NCBI GenBank assembly: GCA_003208875.1 | Contig: QCUR01000007.1 | Span: 28,354 to 92,353, forward strand | DNA: 64,000 nucleotides | Reading direction: 5' to 3' | Source of the DNA: Prochlorococcus sp. AG-679-M23 | GTDB taxonomy: Bacteria > Cyanobacteriota > Cyanobacteriia > PCC-6307 > Cyanobiaceae | In this document: piece by piece, positions 11,102-22,135 of the stretch | How the letters are laid out: every line of letters starts with the position of its first letter | Position numbering within the stretch: the stretch's first letter is position 1 | The notes under the pieces: model-generated | The model's input: the letters and a program-made list of their open reading frames with translations, nothing else | Databases searched by the model: none | What the model was told of the DNA's origin: nothing | Program-made: the position numbers and the translations under genes

Positions 11102-11251
11102 ATGTCAAAGAGAAGAAATTTAAAAAAAGAAAAGCAAGACCGTAATCGCGCATATGCTAGAAAATTTAAAAAAAGAAAGCTTAGATCTGATGGTAGACCA
11201 GAAGGAAATAACGTAGCTGGAACTGCTAATAATGGCGGAGCAGCGGATTAG
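11102..11251 (+). CDS. small very basic protein (49 aa)
   Basis: Not in ORF track; manual translation MSKRRNLKKEKQDRNRAYARKFKKRKLRSDGRPEGNNVAGTANNGGAAD; fills the devA-GT2 gap. Confidence 0.8.
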   Translation: MSKRRNLKKEKQDRNRAYARKFKKRKLRSDGRPEGNNVAGTANNGGAAD

Positions 11252-11307
11252 TAAAAATTTGGATTTTTTATATTTTAAAATTCTGTATATTAATAAATAA
11301 ATAATAT

Positions 11308-12225
11308 ATGGTTATGAACGTAAGCATTGTTATTCCAACTTATAACAGAAAACCAATATTGGAAAAATGTCTAAAGGCTCTTGAGAATCAGAAGTTAAAC
11401 GAGAATATCAGTAATTATGAAGTAATAGTTGTTGATGATGGATCTACGGATGGCACAACCTATTGGATAAAAGATAATTATGAAGCTCTTCCTCATGTGG
11501 TCTTATATGAACAAGAACATGGTGGACCTGCTTTAGGAAGAAACCTAGGTGTAATGAAATCTAATTATGAAATTATCATTTTCATCGATAGTGATCTTAT
11601 TGTTTTAGATGACTTTATAGCTTGTCATGTGAATAAACTATTATTCTCTTGGAATAAAAATAATAAAAAATGCTTTACTTATGGTTCAGTTATTAATACT
11701 TCTAATTTCTCGAATCCAGAAAGTGAAAGATATAAATTAACTGATTTTTCCTTTGCATACTTTGCTACTGGAAATGTTGCTATTTCAAAAGAATTACTTT
11801 TAAGTGTTGGATTATTTGATAACTCTTTTAGCCTTTATGGTTGGGAAGATCTAGAGTTGGGAGAGAGATTAAAAAAATTAGGGACAACATTAATTAAATG
11901 TCCAGAAGCTGTTGGATTTCATTGGCACCCCCCTTTTGATTGTGGGCAAATCGAATCACTAATATCCCAAGAAAAAGAGAGAGCAAGGATGGCTCTAGTA
12001 TTTTATAAAAAACACACAAATTTGAGAGTTAGATTTATGATTCAATTAACTCCGATTCATATTTTGCTTTGGCAGATAATTTGTCTGGGGGGATTGATAA
12101 GTATTAAAAGATTATTCCCGTTACTAAGATTTCTAATTGATTCAGGGAGAAATAGAATTGCATTAGAGATTGTTAGAATTCCGCTTAATTTAATTTATGT
12201 AAAAGAACTTAGAAGATTAATTTAA
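11308..12225 (+). CDS. glycosyltransferase family 2
   Basis: SIVIPTYN, VVDDGSTD, IFIDSD, YGWEDLELG. Confidence 0.92.
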   Translation: MVMNVSIVIPTYNRKPILEKCLKALENQKLNENISNYEVIVVDDGSTDGTTYWIKDNYEALPHVVLYEQEHGGPALGRNLGVMKSNYEIIIFIDSDLIVLDDFIACHVNKLLFSWNKNNKKCFTYGSVINTSNFSNPESERYKLTDFSFAYFATGNVAISKELLLSVGLFDNSFSLYGWEDLELGERLKKLGTTLIKCPEAVGFHWHPPFDCGQIESLISQEKERARMALVFYKKHTNLRVRFMIQLTPIHILLWQIICLGGLISIKRLFPLLRFLIDSGRNRIALEIVRIPLNLIYVKELRRLI

Positions 12226-12273
12226 ATTTTAAAATTAATCTTAAAAGACATTCTTTTAGGATTTCTGATTATT

Positions 12274-12282
12274 TGCTACAAT
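12274..12282 (+). promoter_or_regulatory. extended -10 element (TGcTACAAT) of rpsB-tsf
   Basis: TGn-TACAAT about 15 nt upstream of the S2 leader. Confidence 0.5.
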
Positions 12283-12296
12283 ATTAAAAAATAAAA

Positions 12297-12365
12297 CCAC
12301 ACATCTGACTGTTTCGGGTGATTTAAATATTTAAATTTCCCGTCGGATGGAGGCTAACCCGAAAC
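12297..12365 (+). ncRNA. ribosomal protein S2 leader (t44/rpsB 5' UTR cis-regulatory RNA)
   Basis: CACAC, stem CATCTGAC/GTCGGATG, GGAGGC motif, and exact complement GTTTCGGGT (12311-12319) / ACCCGAAAC (12357-12365) directly before rpsB. Confidence 0.8.
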
Positions 12366-12375
12366 TTATTTAAAC

Positions 12376-13080
12376 ATGGCTGTTGTATCACTATCTGAAA
12401 TGATGGAAGCTGGTGCCCATTTTGGACATCAAACTAGACGTTGGAATCCCAAAATGTCTAAATATATATATTGTGCGAGAAATGGGGTTCATATTATTGA
12501 TCTTGTTAAGACTGCTCTATGCATGAATAATGCTTATAAGTGGACAAGGAACGCTGCAAAAAGTGGAAAAAGATTTCTTTTTGTTGGTACGAAAAAGCAA
12601 GCATCAGATGTTGTTGCTCAAGAAGCTGTTAGATGTGGTGCCGCTTACGTGAATCAGAGATGGTTAGGAGGTATGCTTACTAACTGGACTACTATGAAAG
12701 CAAGGATAGAAAGATTGAAAGATCTTGAGAGAATGGAAAGTAGTGGGGCTATCGCTATGCGACCAAAAAAAGAAGCTGCTGTTTTGAGACGAGAGCTAGA
12801 ACGCTTGCAGAAGTATTTAGGTGGTCTTAAAGGTATGAGAAGATTACCTGATGTAGTTGTTCTTGTAGATCAAAGAAGAGAATCTAATGCCGTTCTTGAA
12901 GCTAGAAAATTAGACATTTCTTTAGTTTCAATGTTAGATACTAACTGTGATCCTGATTTGTGTGAAGTCCCTATTCCATGCAATGATGATGCAGTGAGGT
13001 CTGTTCAACTTATTTTAGGACGACTTGCAGATGCAATTAATGAGGGAAGAAAAGGTTCTAACGATCAAAGAAAAAATTAA
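12376..13080 (+). CDS. rpsB: 30S ribosomal protein S2
   Basis: [34 protein letters not shown]. Confidence 0.99.
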   Translation: MAVVSLSEMMEAGAHFGHQTRRWNPKMSKYIYCARNGVHIIDLVKTALCMNNAYKWTRNAAKSGKRFLFVGTKKQASDVVAQEAVRCGAAYVNQRWLGGMLTNWTTMKARIERLKDLERMESSGAIAMRPKKEAAVLRRELERLQKYLGGLKGMRRLPDVVVLVDQRRESNAVLEARKLDISLVSMLDTNCDPDLCEVPIPCNDDAVRSVQLILGRLADAINEGRKGSNDQRKN

Positions 13081-13124
13081 TTTACTTTCAAACTTTAATA
13101 AAAACAAAAACATTATCTTTTTAA

Positions 13125-13781
13125 ATGGGAAACATTACAGCAAAACTAGTTAAGGATCTTAGAGATAAGACTGGAGCAGGAATGATGGATTGCAAAAAGG
13201 CTTTAAACGAGACAAATGGAAATGTTGAAAAAGCCTTAGAATGGTTAAGGAAGAAAGGTATAGCAAGTGCAGAGAAGAAATCGGGAAGAGTTGCTGCTGA
13301 AGGTTCTATTGGCAGCTATATACATACGGGTTCAAGGGTCGGTGTTCTTTTAGAACTAAATTGTGAAACTGACTTTGTTGCTAGAGGAGATATATTTCAA
13401 TCTCTTTTAAAAGACGTATCTATGCAAGTTGCTGCATGTCCAAATGTAGAGTACGTATCTATTGATCAAATACCAAAAGATATAGTCGAGAAAGAAAAAC
13501 AAATAGAAATGGGTAGAGATGATTTGTCTGGCAAACCAGAAAATATTAAAGAAAAAATTGTTGAGGGAAGAATAGCTAAAAGACTAAATGAGTTAGTCTT
13601 GCTTTCTCAACCTTATATAAAAGATAGTGCACTTACAGTTGAGGATCTTGTGAAACAAGCAGCAGCTAAAATTGGTGAAAATATCAAAGTTAGACGTTTT
13701 ACTAGATACACATTAGGAGAGGGTATTGAAAAAAATGATATGGACTTTGCTGATGAAGTCGCATCTTTAAAGTCAAACTAA
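13125..13781 (+). CDS. tsf: elongation factor Ts
   Basis: [26 protein letters not shown]. Confidence 0.99.
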   Translation: MGNITAKLVKDLRDKTGAGMMDCKKALNETNGNVEKALEWLRKKGIASAEKKSGRVAAEGSIGSYIHTGSRVGVLLELNCETDFVARGDIFQSLLKDVSMQVAACPNVEYVSIDQIPKDIVEKEKQIEMGRDDLSGKPENIKEKIVEGRIAKRLNELVLLSQPYIKDSALTVEDLVKQAAAKIGENIKVRRFTRYTLGEGIEKNDMDFADEVASLKSN

Positions 13782-13786
13782 AAAAC

Positions 13787-14860
13787 TTGAGCAATAGTAT
13801 AAAAGGTAGAAATTCAAAAGAAGTTATAGTTCAGCTAAAGAGGGCTGAAATCCAAAAAAATATATTAATAAAAAAGATTTATAAAGAATATGATGCCTAC
13901 TTTAATACCGTAAGAAAATCTATACTTAACTCTGCTAAAAAAGGTATAGCTGGCCTTTATTCTAATTTTTCTATTAATGACAAAGCATTAAACTCAAAAG
14001 AATTAAATATATTCTTAAACAAAAATATTAATCTGCTTATTAAATCAAAACTGCCCTTTATAACTATTGAACAACTTAAGTTAGGTGATATTAGTGATCC
14101 TACAAAAAAATTAGTAAATGTAAATGTCTTAAAAGAACTGCTAAAACGAAAAGAATATCAAACAGTAAATATTGATTATGAGAATGAAATAACTGCTAAC
14201 GAATCCATAGAATTTCATTGCGATAATAATTTAAATACATATGAATATTATGAGACTTTAAGAGAAGATGAAATGTCATCTGTAAATTTAGATGAAAGTA
14301 GTTATTTAAATTCTTTTTCTAAAGAAATAAGTATTGAAAAGATTGAAGATGGGAAACATTTAGTTAATGCTGTCCTTGAATTAATAGAAGAAACAAGTGA
14401 TGATAAATTAATTGATTATGAAAAAATAAATGATCAAGCCTCTGATGTTTTTATCTCAAGTGATAATTTAAATATTTTTGAATTTATTGATAAATCATTT
14501 AGCAATTTTTTATTGAATATTTCATATAAGATTAATTTAGAATTATTTAAAATAAAGTTAATAAAAAGAATTTTAACTGAAGAAACATTCAAATGTTTAT
14601 CAAATAATAATTCTATAATTAAACATCCAAATCCTTTTGTTATTAGATATGATTTGTATCCAGATAAGTTATCTCCAATTAATAATAAGTCTTCTGATGT
14701 TTATTTATTAAATATTACTAATGTTGAATTAGAACTTTATAACTTAGATCTTTCAACCTGTAGAAATAATATAAATGAATTAAAAAATAGGTTTAAATTA
14801 TTAAATAAAAAGCAAAGATATTGGAAAAATAAAAAACTTGCTTCATCTATTTCAAACTAA
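13787..14860 (+). CDS. hypothetical protein (357 aa, coiled-coil ends)
   Basis: Long ORF between tsf and recG; no recognisable catalytic motif. Confidence 0.75.
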   Translation: MSNSIKGRNSKEVIVQLKRAEIQKNILIKKIYKEYDAYFNTVRKSILNSAKKGIAGLYSNFSINDKALNSKELNIFLNKNINLLIKSKLPFITIEQLKLGDISDPTKKLVNVNVLKELLKRKEYQTVNIDYENEITANESIEFHCDNNLNTYEYYETLREDEMSSVNLDESSYLNSFSKEISIEKIEDGKHLVNAVLELIEETSDDKLIDYEKINDQASDVFISSDNLNIFEFIDKSFSNFLLNISYKINLELFKIKLIKRILTEETFKCLSNNNSIIKHPNPFVIRYDLYPDKLSPINNKSSDVYLLNITNVELELYNLDLSTCRNNINELKNRFKLLNKKQRYWKNKKLASSISN

Positions 14861-14889
14861 TTAAAATTTAAATTTTTCTTGTTGATAAA

Positions 14890-17346
14890 GTGACTAATAA
14901 TGAAGAATATATTAATTTAATTAAGGATTGGATTCGACCCCTTCAAAAAGCTCTTACGATTGAATCAGAAAATAGATTTATTAATTTACTAGGTGTCCAA
15001 CAACATTTTAATGATTATTTAAATAAGTCATTAAGTAATTTAGATAATTTGAAATTAACTAATGAATTTATTAAATTATTTGGTGAATTCTCAATTAAAT
15101 ATTCTGAATATAATGACTTAAACATCAATCAAAGAAAAAGATTGGTAATTGATACTAGAAAAAGTCTACTGAAATTAGGTAAATCTATTGATTTAAATTA
15201 TTCTAATAAAAATTCGGACAGTTATTTTTCAAAAGTCATAGATTCTAATCTATCATTAAACTCAGATATTGAGTTAGTAAAAAGTATAGGAAAGATTAAT
15301 AAAAATAAGCTAAATGAATTAGGTATATATAATATAAAAGACGTAATTAATTATTTTCCACGAACTTATTTAGATTATACAAATAGAGTTAAAATTATTA
15401 ATTTAAAACCTGATAATCTATATACCTGTATTGCAACTGTAAAAAAGTTTTACATTTATAAGAGTTCAAACAATAGTAATTTATCAATAATGAATATAGT
15501 GATATTTGATGAGACCTCCTCAATAAAAGTCACGAAATTTTTTTTAGGTAAGAGATTTAGATCTTATTCATTTTTTTCTTCTCAGAAATCTCTATATATT
15601 CCAGGTACTAAATTAGCGATATCTGGTAAGGTCAAATTATCTGAGTATGGGAAAAATTTTGTAGACCCGCAGATAGAAATTTTAAATACAAATGAAGAAT
15701 CTTTTAATTTCTCTGGTAAGATTATGCCTTTATATTCGCTATCAGAATCATTCTCAAATTTAAGTTTTATAAAATTAATTAAAAAAGTAATTATTTATTC
15801 AAAACAATATCCAGATCTACTTAATCAAAAACAACTTAACTCCTTATCTTTAGTTTCAAAAAGTGATTCTTTAATAAATATTCATTTACCTATAAATCAG
15901 GATGCTTTGATTGAGTCAAAAAAACGATTGGTATTCGATGAACTATTTCTATTGCAAATGAAGTTTTTATTAAGAAAAAGGAAGAACAATAAAAAATTAA
16001 CTATTCAAAAATCTATTAAAAAGAATTTTTTACTTAAAGATTTTTTAAATAAAGTTCCTTTTCAATTAACAAAATCTCAAGAAAAAGTACTTGATGAAAT
16101 TAAATCTGATTTATCAGATTTAACACCTATGTCGAGACTACTACAAGGAGATGTTGGCAGTGGTAAAACTGTTATTGCAATCGCATCTCTTTTAATTGAA
16201 CTTGAAAAAGATCAACAAGGTGCATTAATGGTTCCTACTGAAGTACTTGCCTCACAGCACTATAAAAATTTAATACAATTCTTGAACCCACTTTTAGTTT
16301 CTGTAGAACTTCTTACAGGTAATACCCCACAGAAAAAGAGAAAAGAAATACTTACAAACTTAAAAAATGGAATGGTAGATATTCTCGTAGGTACGCATGC
16401 ATTATTTGAAGATAAAGTTGTCTTTAATTCATTAGGGATGGTAGTCATAGATGAACAGCATAGGTTTGGTGTTACACAAAGAAATCGATTACTTAACAAA
16501 GGAGATAATACTAATTTGTTATCAATGACAGCTACTCCCATACCTAGGACTCTTGCTTTATCATTATATGGTGATTTAGATATTAGTCAGATTACAGAAC
16601 TCCCCCCAGGAAGAGTTCCAATAACAACAAAAATTATTTCAGAAAAAGAGTTAAACAAACTATTTAAACATGTTGAGAATGAGATAAATAACGGAAAGCA
16701 AGCTTATGTAATTTTGCCGTTAATTGAAGATTCTGAAAAAATGAATTTAAGTTCTGCAAAAAAGATCTTTAAATATTTATCAGAGGAAATTTTTTTAAAA
16801 AATAATGTTGGATTATTACATGGAAAATTAAATTCTGAAGAGAAGAAAAATGTCATTAATTCTTTTGTAAATAATGAAGTAAATATATTGGTTTCTACCA
16901 CAGTTATTGAGGTAGGAATTGATGTACCTAATGCTTCAATTATGATTATTTATAATTCAGAAAGATTTGGGTTGTCTCAATTACACCAGTTACGAGGGAG
17001 AGTTGGGAGAGGATCCCATAAATCATTTTGTTACTTAGTAACTTCTGAAAATAATGGATTAGAAAATAAAAGGCTAACTGTATTAGAAAAATCTAATGAT
17101 GGTTTTTATATCGCGGAAAAAGACTTGGAACTTAGAGGACCCGGCCAACTCTTGGGATATAAGCAGTCGGGATTACCTGATTTTGTATTGGATAACTTAC
17201 CAAATAATAAAGTTTTAATTGAAAAGGCTAGAGAAGAGGCTCAGAGGGTAATAAATGAAGATCCTGACTTAAGAAAAAATATTTTATTAAAAGATTTGCT
17301 AATCGATAATTCTGATAATAAATTTATTCATGACTTCTTAAATTAA
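14890..17346 (+). CDS. recG: ATP-dependent DNA helicase RecG
   Basis: RLLQGDVGSGKT, IDEQHRFG, MTATPIPRTL, QLHQLRGRVGRG. Confidence 0.97.
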   Translation: MTNNEEYINLIKDWIRPLQKALTIESENRFINLLGVQQHFNDYLNKSLSNLDNLKLTNEFIKLFGEFSIKYSEYNDLNINQRKRLVIDTRKSLLKLGKSIDLNYSNKNSDSYFSKVIDSNLSLNSDIELVKSIGKINKNKLNELGIYNIKDVINYFPRTYLDYTNRVKIINLKPDNLYTCIATVKKFYIYKSSNNSNLSIMNIVIFDETSSIKVTKFFLGKRFRSYSFFSSQKSLYIPGTKLAISGKVKLSEYGKNFVDPQIEILNTNEESFNFSGKIMPLYSLSESFSNLSFIKLIKKVIIYSKQYPDLLNQKQLNSLSLVSKSDSLINIHLPINQDALIESKKRLVFDELFLLQMKFLLRKRKNNKKLTIQKSIKKNFLLKDFLNKVPFQLTKSQEKVLDEIKSDLSDLTPMSRLLQGDVGSGKTVIAIASLLIELEKDQQGALMVPTEVLASQHYKNLIQFLNPLLVSVELLTGNTPQKKRKEILTNLKNGMVDILVGTHALFEDKVVFNSLGMVVIDEQHRFGVTQRNRLLNKGDNTNLLSMTATPIPRTLALSLYGDLDISQITELPPGRVPITTKIISEKELNKLFKHVENEINNGKQAYVILPLIEDSEKMNLSSAKKIFKYLSEEIFLKNNVGLLHGKLNSEEKKNVINSFVNNEVNILVSTTVIEVGIDVPNASIMIIYNSERFGLSQLHQLRGRVGRGSHKSFCYLVTSENNGLENKRLTVLEKSNDGFYIAEKDLELRGPGQLLGYKQSGLPDFVLDNLPNNKVLIEKAREEAQRVINEDPDLRKNILLKDLLIDNSDNKFIHDFLN

Positions 17347-17404
17347 AACTTTTAATTGTCAATTTTTAAATATATGCAAATATAAAATCAATAGACAAAG
17401 TTCA

Positions 17405-18091
17405 TTGAAAATTTGGAATGAGATCCCAATTGAGGAGAATAAAGATAAATTAATTGCAATCCCAAGTTGTTTTAAATTTGTTAGTCCTCATCCTTACTAT
17501 GATTTAGGTGCTCCTTATAATGAAAAAAAGTCCATTTGGAAATTAAGAGAAGAAGTTGTAAAAAGATTAATAAAAGTAAATGACTTTTTAAAATTAAAAA
17601 ATAATAATTTATCCCTTTTGATTTATGACAGTTGGCGACCTATTGAAGTTCAAAAATTTATGTTCAATAGAGCTTTTATTTTGGAATGTGAAAGGCTAGA
17701 TATTGATGCTTCTGAAAAAGATATGGAACGATATCCCATAGTTAAAAAATATGTTGAGAAATTTTGGGCATATCCTTCGTTCGATGACAGATGTCCACCA
17801 CCACATTCAACTGGAGGTGCTTTAGATATCACTTTGGCTGATAGGTATGGAAATATTATATATATGGGAAGTAATATTGATCAGATGGATGATAAATCAA
17901 AACCAGATTTTTATAATAATATTGATTGTGTAGATGCAATTATCTGGAATGATAGAAGAAAGTTACTAAAAGAAATTATGATTAAATTTGAATTTGTTCA
18001 GCATCCAAATGAGTGGTGGCATTTTAGTTATGGAGATCAACTATGGGCTTGGAAGAATAAAAAGCCTAATGCTTTGTATGGGAAAATATGA
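17405..18091 (+). CDS. ddpX: D-alanyl-D-alanine dipeptidase (M15, VanX/DdpX-like)
   Basis: YDSWRP, PPHSTGGALD, EWWHFSYGD. Confidence 0.85.
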   Translation: MKIWNEIPIEENKDKLIAIPSCFKFVSPHPYYDLGAPYNEKKSIWKLREEVVKRLIKVNDFLKLKNNNLSLLIYDSWRPIEVQKFMFNRAFILECERLDIDASEKDMERYPIVKKYVEKFWAYPSFDDRCPPPHSTGGALDITLADRYGNIIYMGSNIDQMDDKSKPDFYNNIDCVDAIIWNDRRKLLKEIMIKFEFVQHPNEWWHFSYGDQLWAWKNKKPNALYGKI

Positions 18092-18094
18092 TTT

Positions 18095-19885
18095 TTAATT
18101 TATCTCGCTTAGTAAATTTGTAATGAAAGATTCCTTTTGATTGTTAATATAATCCCCAAAATCTTTTTCGGGGCTGCTTTTCTTCCAAAGTTCTAATAAA
18201 GGTTTAATAGTTTTTTCTAAATTATCAAGTTCCATTCTCTGCAAATATGGTTTAGCTAATCTTTGAAGGTTTTTACTTCCCCCCAACCATAGTTGATATT
18301 TATTCTGCCCACTTCCAACAAGAGCTAATTCTGCCATATAAGGTCTTGTACATCCATTAGGACATCCTGTCATTCTAAATAATATTGTCTTCTCTATATC
18401 CATATCATTTAATAGATTTTCTATTCTATTAAGAACTTCAGGTAAAATTCTTTCCGCTTCGGTCATGGCTAGACCACAAAGGGGGAGGGCAGGACATGCT
18501 AAAGCATGTCTTTGAATTTCATTGATGTCATTAAGATTGTCATATCCAATCTTTTTTAAGGCCTCTTTAATTTCGCTTTTATTTTTATTGGGAATATTAC
18601 AAAGTAAAATATCTTGATTAGGAGTAAGTCTTAAATCAAGATCATTTTCTTTAACAAGATCTCTTATTAATGATTTCTTCTTTCCAGAAAGCCTTCCTGA
18701 TAATAAAGGTAATCCAACAAAAAAATAATCTTTATTTTGTTTATGCCAACCTAGATAATCAATTAATTTATTTTCTGGTTCTTTTCTTAAAGGCTTAATT
18801 TCTTTTCTAAAATATTTATCTAAAAGTATTTTTTTAAACCATTTAATACCTTTCCTATTCAAAAGGTATTTCATTCTGGAATTTTTCCTTGATTTCCTAT
18901 CTCCATAATCTCTTTGAATGGCAACAATACTTTGAATTAGTTCATAGGTGTCTTCTTTTTCAACATAACCAAGTGGATCTGCAATTCTTGCAAAGGTTTC
19001 TTCATTATTATGAGTTCGCCCCATTCCTCCACCGATATAAAAATTACATCCTTCGAAGTCACCTTCTTTTGAGGTAAATGCAACTATTCCAATATCATTA
19101 GTTAGGAGATCAACTGAATTATCGCCTGGAACGGTAACTGCACACTTAAACTTTCTCGGAAGGTATGTAGATCCATATAGAGGTTCTTGTTTTGTCCCGC
19201 TAAAAACATTCTCTTTAAATTGTAATTTCCTATTATCTTCAATTTCTTTATCTGGTTTTATTGTATATTCCAAATCGCCGTCAGCCCATAGCTCCAAAAA
19301 GGTTCCTTGTCCGGCTACTGGGGTTAAAAGATCGGCAACTTTTACTGCTAAAGTTCTTGCGGTTATGTATTCTGATGTTTCAAAAGGTGCAGCCGGAGCC
19401 ATGACATTTCTATTTATGTCCCCACACGCAGCTAAAGTTGATCCCATTGAATTTACAATAGATTTGATCACTTCCTTTAAGTTATCTTTTCTTATCCCAT
19501 GCATTTGGAAGGCTTGTCTAGTAGTTACCCTCAGTGTGCCGTTCCCAAGTTTGTCAGATAATTCATCTAAAGATAAAAATAATTTACCAGGTATTTCTCC
19601 TCCTGGACTTCTTAACCTAAGCATCATCTGCCAATCTTTACTTTTCCCAGGCTTCCTGTTCTCTCTATTATCTTGTTGATAACTCCCATGGAATTTCAAT
19701 AACTGAACAGCATCATTAGTAAAATGATCGCTTTCATTTTCTAATTCACTTGCAAGTGGTTCCTTTAGAAAATCACTACTTTTCTTGAAATTCTCAAATT
19801 TAGATACTTCAAGACCATTTGCTAAACAAACTGTCTCTTGCTTAACAAGTTCTTTTTTCTTTTTTACTTTTTCGACCTTGATCAA
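18095..19885 (-). CDS. sir: ferredoxin-sulfite reductase (siroheme)
   Basis: LLKFHGSYQQDNR, TTRQAFQMHG, ACPALPLCGLA, RMTGCPNGC. Confidence 0.95.
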   Translation of the reverse strand: MIKVEKVKKKKELVKQETVCLANGLEVSKFENFKKSSDFLKEPLASELENESDHFTNDAVQLLKFHGSYQQDNRENRKPGKSKDWQMMLRLRSPGGEIPGKLFLSLDELSDKLGNGTLRVTTRQAFQMHGIRKDNLKEVIKSIVNSMGSTLAACGDINRNVMAPAAPFETSEYITARTLAVKVADLLTPVAGQGTFLELWADGDLEYTIKPDKEIEDNRKLQFKENVFSGTKQEPLYGSTYLPRKFKCAVTVPGDNSVDLLTNDIGIVAFTSKEGDFEGCNFYIGGGMGRTHNNEETFARIADPLGYVEKEDTYELIQSIVAIQRDYGDRKSRKNSRMKYLLNRKGIKWFKKILLDKYFRKEIKPLRKEPENKLIDYLGWHKQNKDYFFVGLPLLSGRLSGKKKSLIRDLVKENDLDLRLTPNQDILLCNIPNKNKSEIKEALKKIGYDNLNDINEIQRHALACPALPLCGLAMTEAERILPEVLNRIENLLNDMDIEKTILFRMTGCPNGCTRPYMAELALVGSGQNKYQLWLGGSKNLQRLAKPYLQRMELDNLEKTIKPLLELWKKSSPEKDFGDYINNQKESFITNLLSEIN

Positions 19886-19972
19886 GGGACCAAAACATAT
19901 CTCTTTTTATACATTAGCGAAAAGCTTATTTAACTGGTAGTAAATTATAGTTGTAATAGCTATAAATTATTC

Positions 19973-22135
19973 TTGTCTAAATATTTACTTGAGATAGGAA
20001 CAGAAGAGTTACCAGCAAAATTTTCTCATTCTGTAATAAAACAAATTAACTCTCTTATAGAATTTGAATTTGATAAGAAACTTATCAAATTCGATAATAT
20101 TATTTGCACCTCCACACCAAGAAGAATAGTTTTATTTCTAGATGGATTAATTGATCAGGCAGATGATAAGACGGTAATAAGAAAAGGTCCAAAAGCTACT
20201 TCTGCATTTCTTAATGGCGTACCAACTAATGCTGCTATAGGTTTTGCAAATAGTTTAGGAATTAATATAGATGACTTAGAAATAAGAGAAACAGAAAAGG
20301 GTGAGTTTGTATTTGGAACAAAAATTGAGAAAGGAGAATCTACAAGATCTTCTTTATCTTCAATAATCCCTAAAGTAATAAAAAATTTGCAAGGCCCCCG
20401 ATTTATGAAATGGGGATATGGAAGCTTTAAATTTTCAAGACCCATTAGATGGATAGTCTCACTTTATAACGACGAAATTCTTGATTTTGTTTTTGATGAA
20501 TGTGATCCTAAGATTTCAATAGGCAACAAATCAAAAAGTCATAGATTAATTAATAAAGTTATTGAAATTCATTCTCCAGATACTTATTTTGAATTAATTG
20601 CTAAGAGTGGAGTTTTTGTAAAAAGAGAAGAAAGAAAAGAAAAAATTGTTAATCTCATAAATCATGAATCTCAATTGGTAAATTTAGATCCTGATCTCTC
20701 TGATAATTTACTTAACGAATTAACAGATTTAGTTGAATCTCCTAATTTAATAACTAGTAACTTTGATAAGCAATTTCTTAATTTGCCTGTTGAAGTTCTT
20801 TCAACGGTAATGAAAAATCACCAAAGATATATTCCTCTTCTAAAAAAAGATAGAATATTTTCTAAATTAGATTTGAGTTCTGAAAAAGTTATAAGTACAA
20901 ATTTCTTTGTCTTATCTAATGGTCTTAGAGAATCTAATAATATTATTTCTAAGGGAAATGAAAAAGTATTAAGGGCTAGATTCTCTGATGCGAAGTTTTT
21001 TGTAGAAAGTGACCAAAAAGTTTCTTCTAAAGAAAGGAATGAAAAACTTAAAACTGTTTCTTATTTGAAAGGGATGGGTAATGTTTTTCAGAGAGTAAAA
21101 CGAATTGAGGCTACCTCAGAAAAGATAATTAATTATTTAAATGATCATTCTTTAGATAGTGAAAAAACTAAAGAAGCTGCAAAGTACTGTAAAAACGATT
21201 TGTGTAGTGAAATTGTGTATGAATTTCCTGAATTGCAAGGGATAATGGGAGGGAAATACTTGCGAAATGAAGGCTTTAGCAAAGAAATTTGTATAGCTGT
21301 ATCTGAACATTATTTGCCTGGTTTTTATAAAGATGATTTACCTTCTACAAAATATGGAGCTATTATTTCCATCTCTGACAAAATAGAAACTTTAATAAGT
21401 ATATTTATATCTGGAAAAAGACCAAGTGGTTCCTCTGACCCGTATGCACTTAGAAGAAGTTTAAATGGAGTTATTCTGATTATTTGGCAATTCGAATTTG
21501 ATTTGGATCTTGAAAATATTTTTGAGGAACTTATAAAATATTGGAAAATTTCATTACCAAAATTGAAATTCGAGAAAGAAAAAGTTTTAAATGACTTAAT
21601 TGAATTTACTAATCAAAGAATTGTTAGCCATCTTGATGAACTATCAATAAGTAAAGATCTAATTAAAGCTACTTGTTTTATTGATTCATCATCTGAAAAA
21701 AAGATAATGAATATTTTGGATTTAAAAAATAGAATTAATACTATTAACCAACTTAAAGGGAAACCAGATTTTTCTGAAATTCAAAAAGTTATCTCGAGAG
21801 TTAGTAAATTAGCTGAAAGTGGAAATCTTAAAACAACCATTTTTTCATGCAAAGATTATGTAAATTCAGATTTATTTGAAAAAGAATGTGAAAATAAGGT
21901 ATTTGAATTTATCAAAGAATTAGAAGGAATTATTAAATTACCTAATTGGAATTATTCTCAACTATTTAAACTATTTGAGACTAATTCAAAATATCTTGAT
22001 GAACTTTTTGATAATGAGAGGGGTGTTCTGATAATGGCAGAAAATCCTGAAATTAGAAATAATCGTCTCAATTTATTAGGTTTGGTAAGGAACTACTCTT
22101 TAAAAATTGCTGACTTTACCCTTTTTAACTCTTAA
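19973..22135 (+). CDS. glyS: glycine--tRNA ligase beta subunit
   Basis: LLEIGTEELP, STPRR, FSRPIRW, EFPELQGIMG, SGSSDPYALRR. Confidence 0.97.
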   Translation: MSKYLLEIGTEELPAKFSHSVIKQINSLIEFEFDKKLIKFDNIICTSTPRRIVLFLDGLIDQADDKTVIRKGPKATSAFLNGVPTNAAIGFANSLGINIDDLEIRETEKGEFVFGTKIEKGESTRSSLSSIIPKVIKNLQGPRFMKWGYGSFKFSRPIRWIVSLYNDEILDFVFDECDPKISIGNKSKSHRLINKVIEIHSPDTYFELIAKSGVFVKREERKEKIVNLINHESQLVNLDPDLSDNLLNELTDLVESPNLITSNFDKQFLNLPVEVLSTVMKNHQRYIPLLKKDRIFSKLDLSSEKVISTNFFVLSNGLRESNNIISKGNEKVLRARFSDAKFFVESDQKVSSKERNEKLKTVSYLKGMGNVFQRVKRIEATSEKIINYLNDHSLDSEKTKEAAKYCKNDLCSEIVYEFPELQGIMGGKYLRNEGFSKEICIAVSEHYLPGFYKDDLPSTKYGAIISISDKIETLISIFISGKRPSGSSDPYALRRSLNGVILIIWQFEFDLDLENIFEELIKYWKISLPKLKFEKEKVLNDLIEFTNQRIVSHLDELSISKDLIKATCFIDSSSEKKIMNILDLKNRINTINQLKGKPDFSEIQKVISRVSKLAESGNLKTTIFSCKDYVNSDLFEKECENKVFEFIKELEGIIKLPNWNYSQLFKLFETNSKYLDELFDNERGVLIMAENPEIRNNRLNLLGLVRNYSLKIADFTLFNS

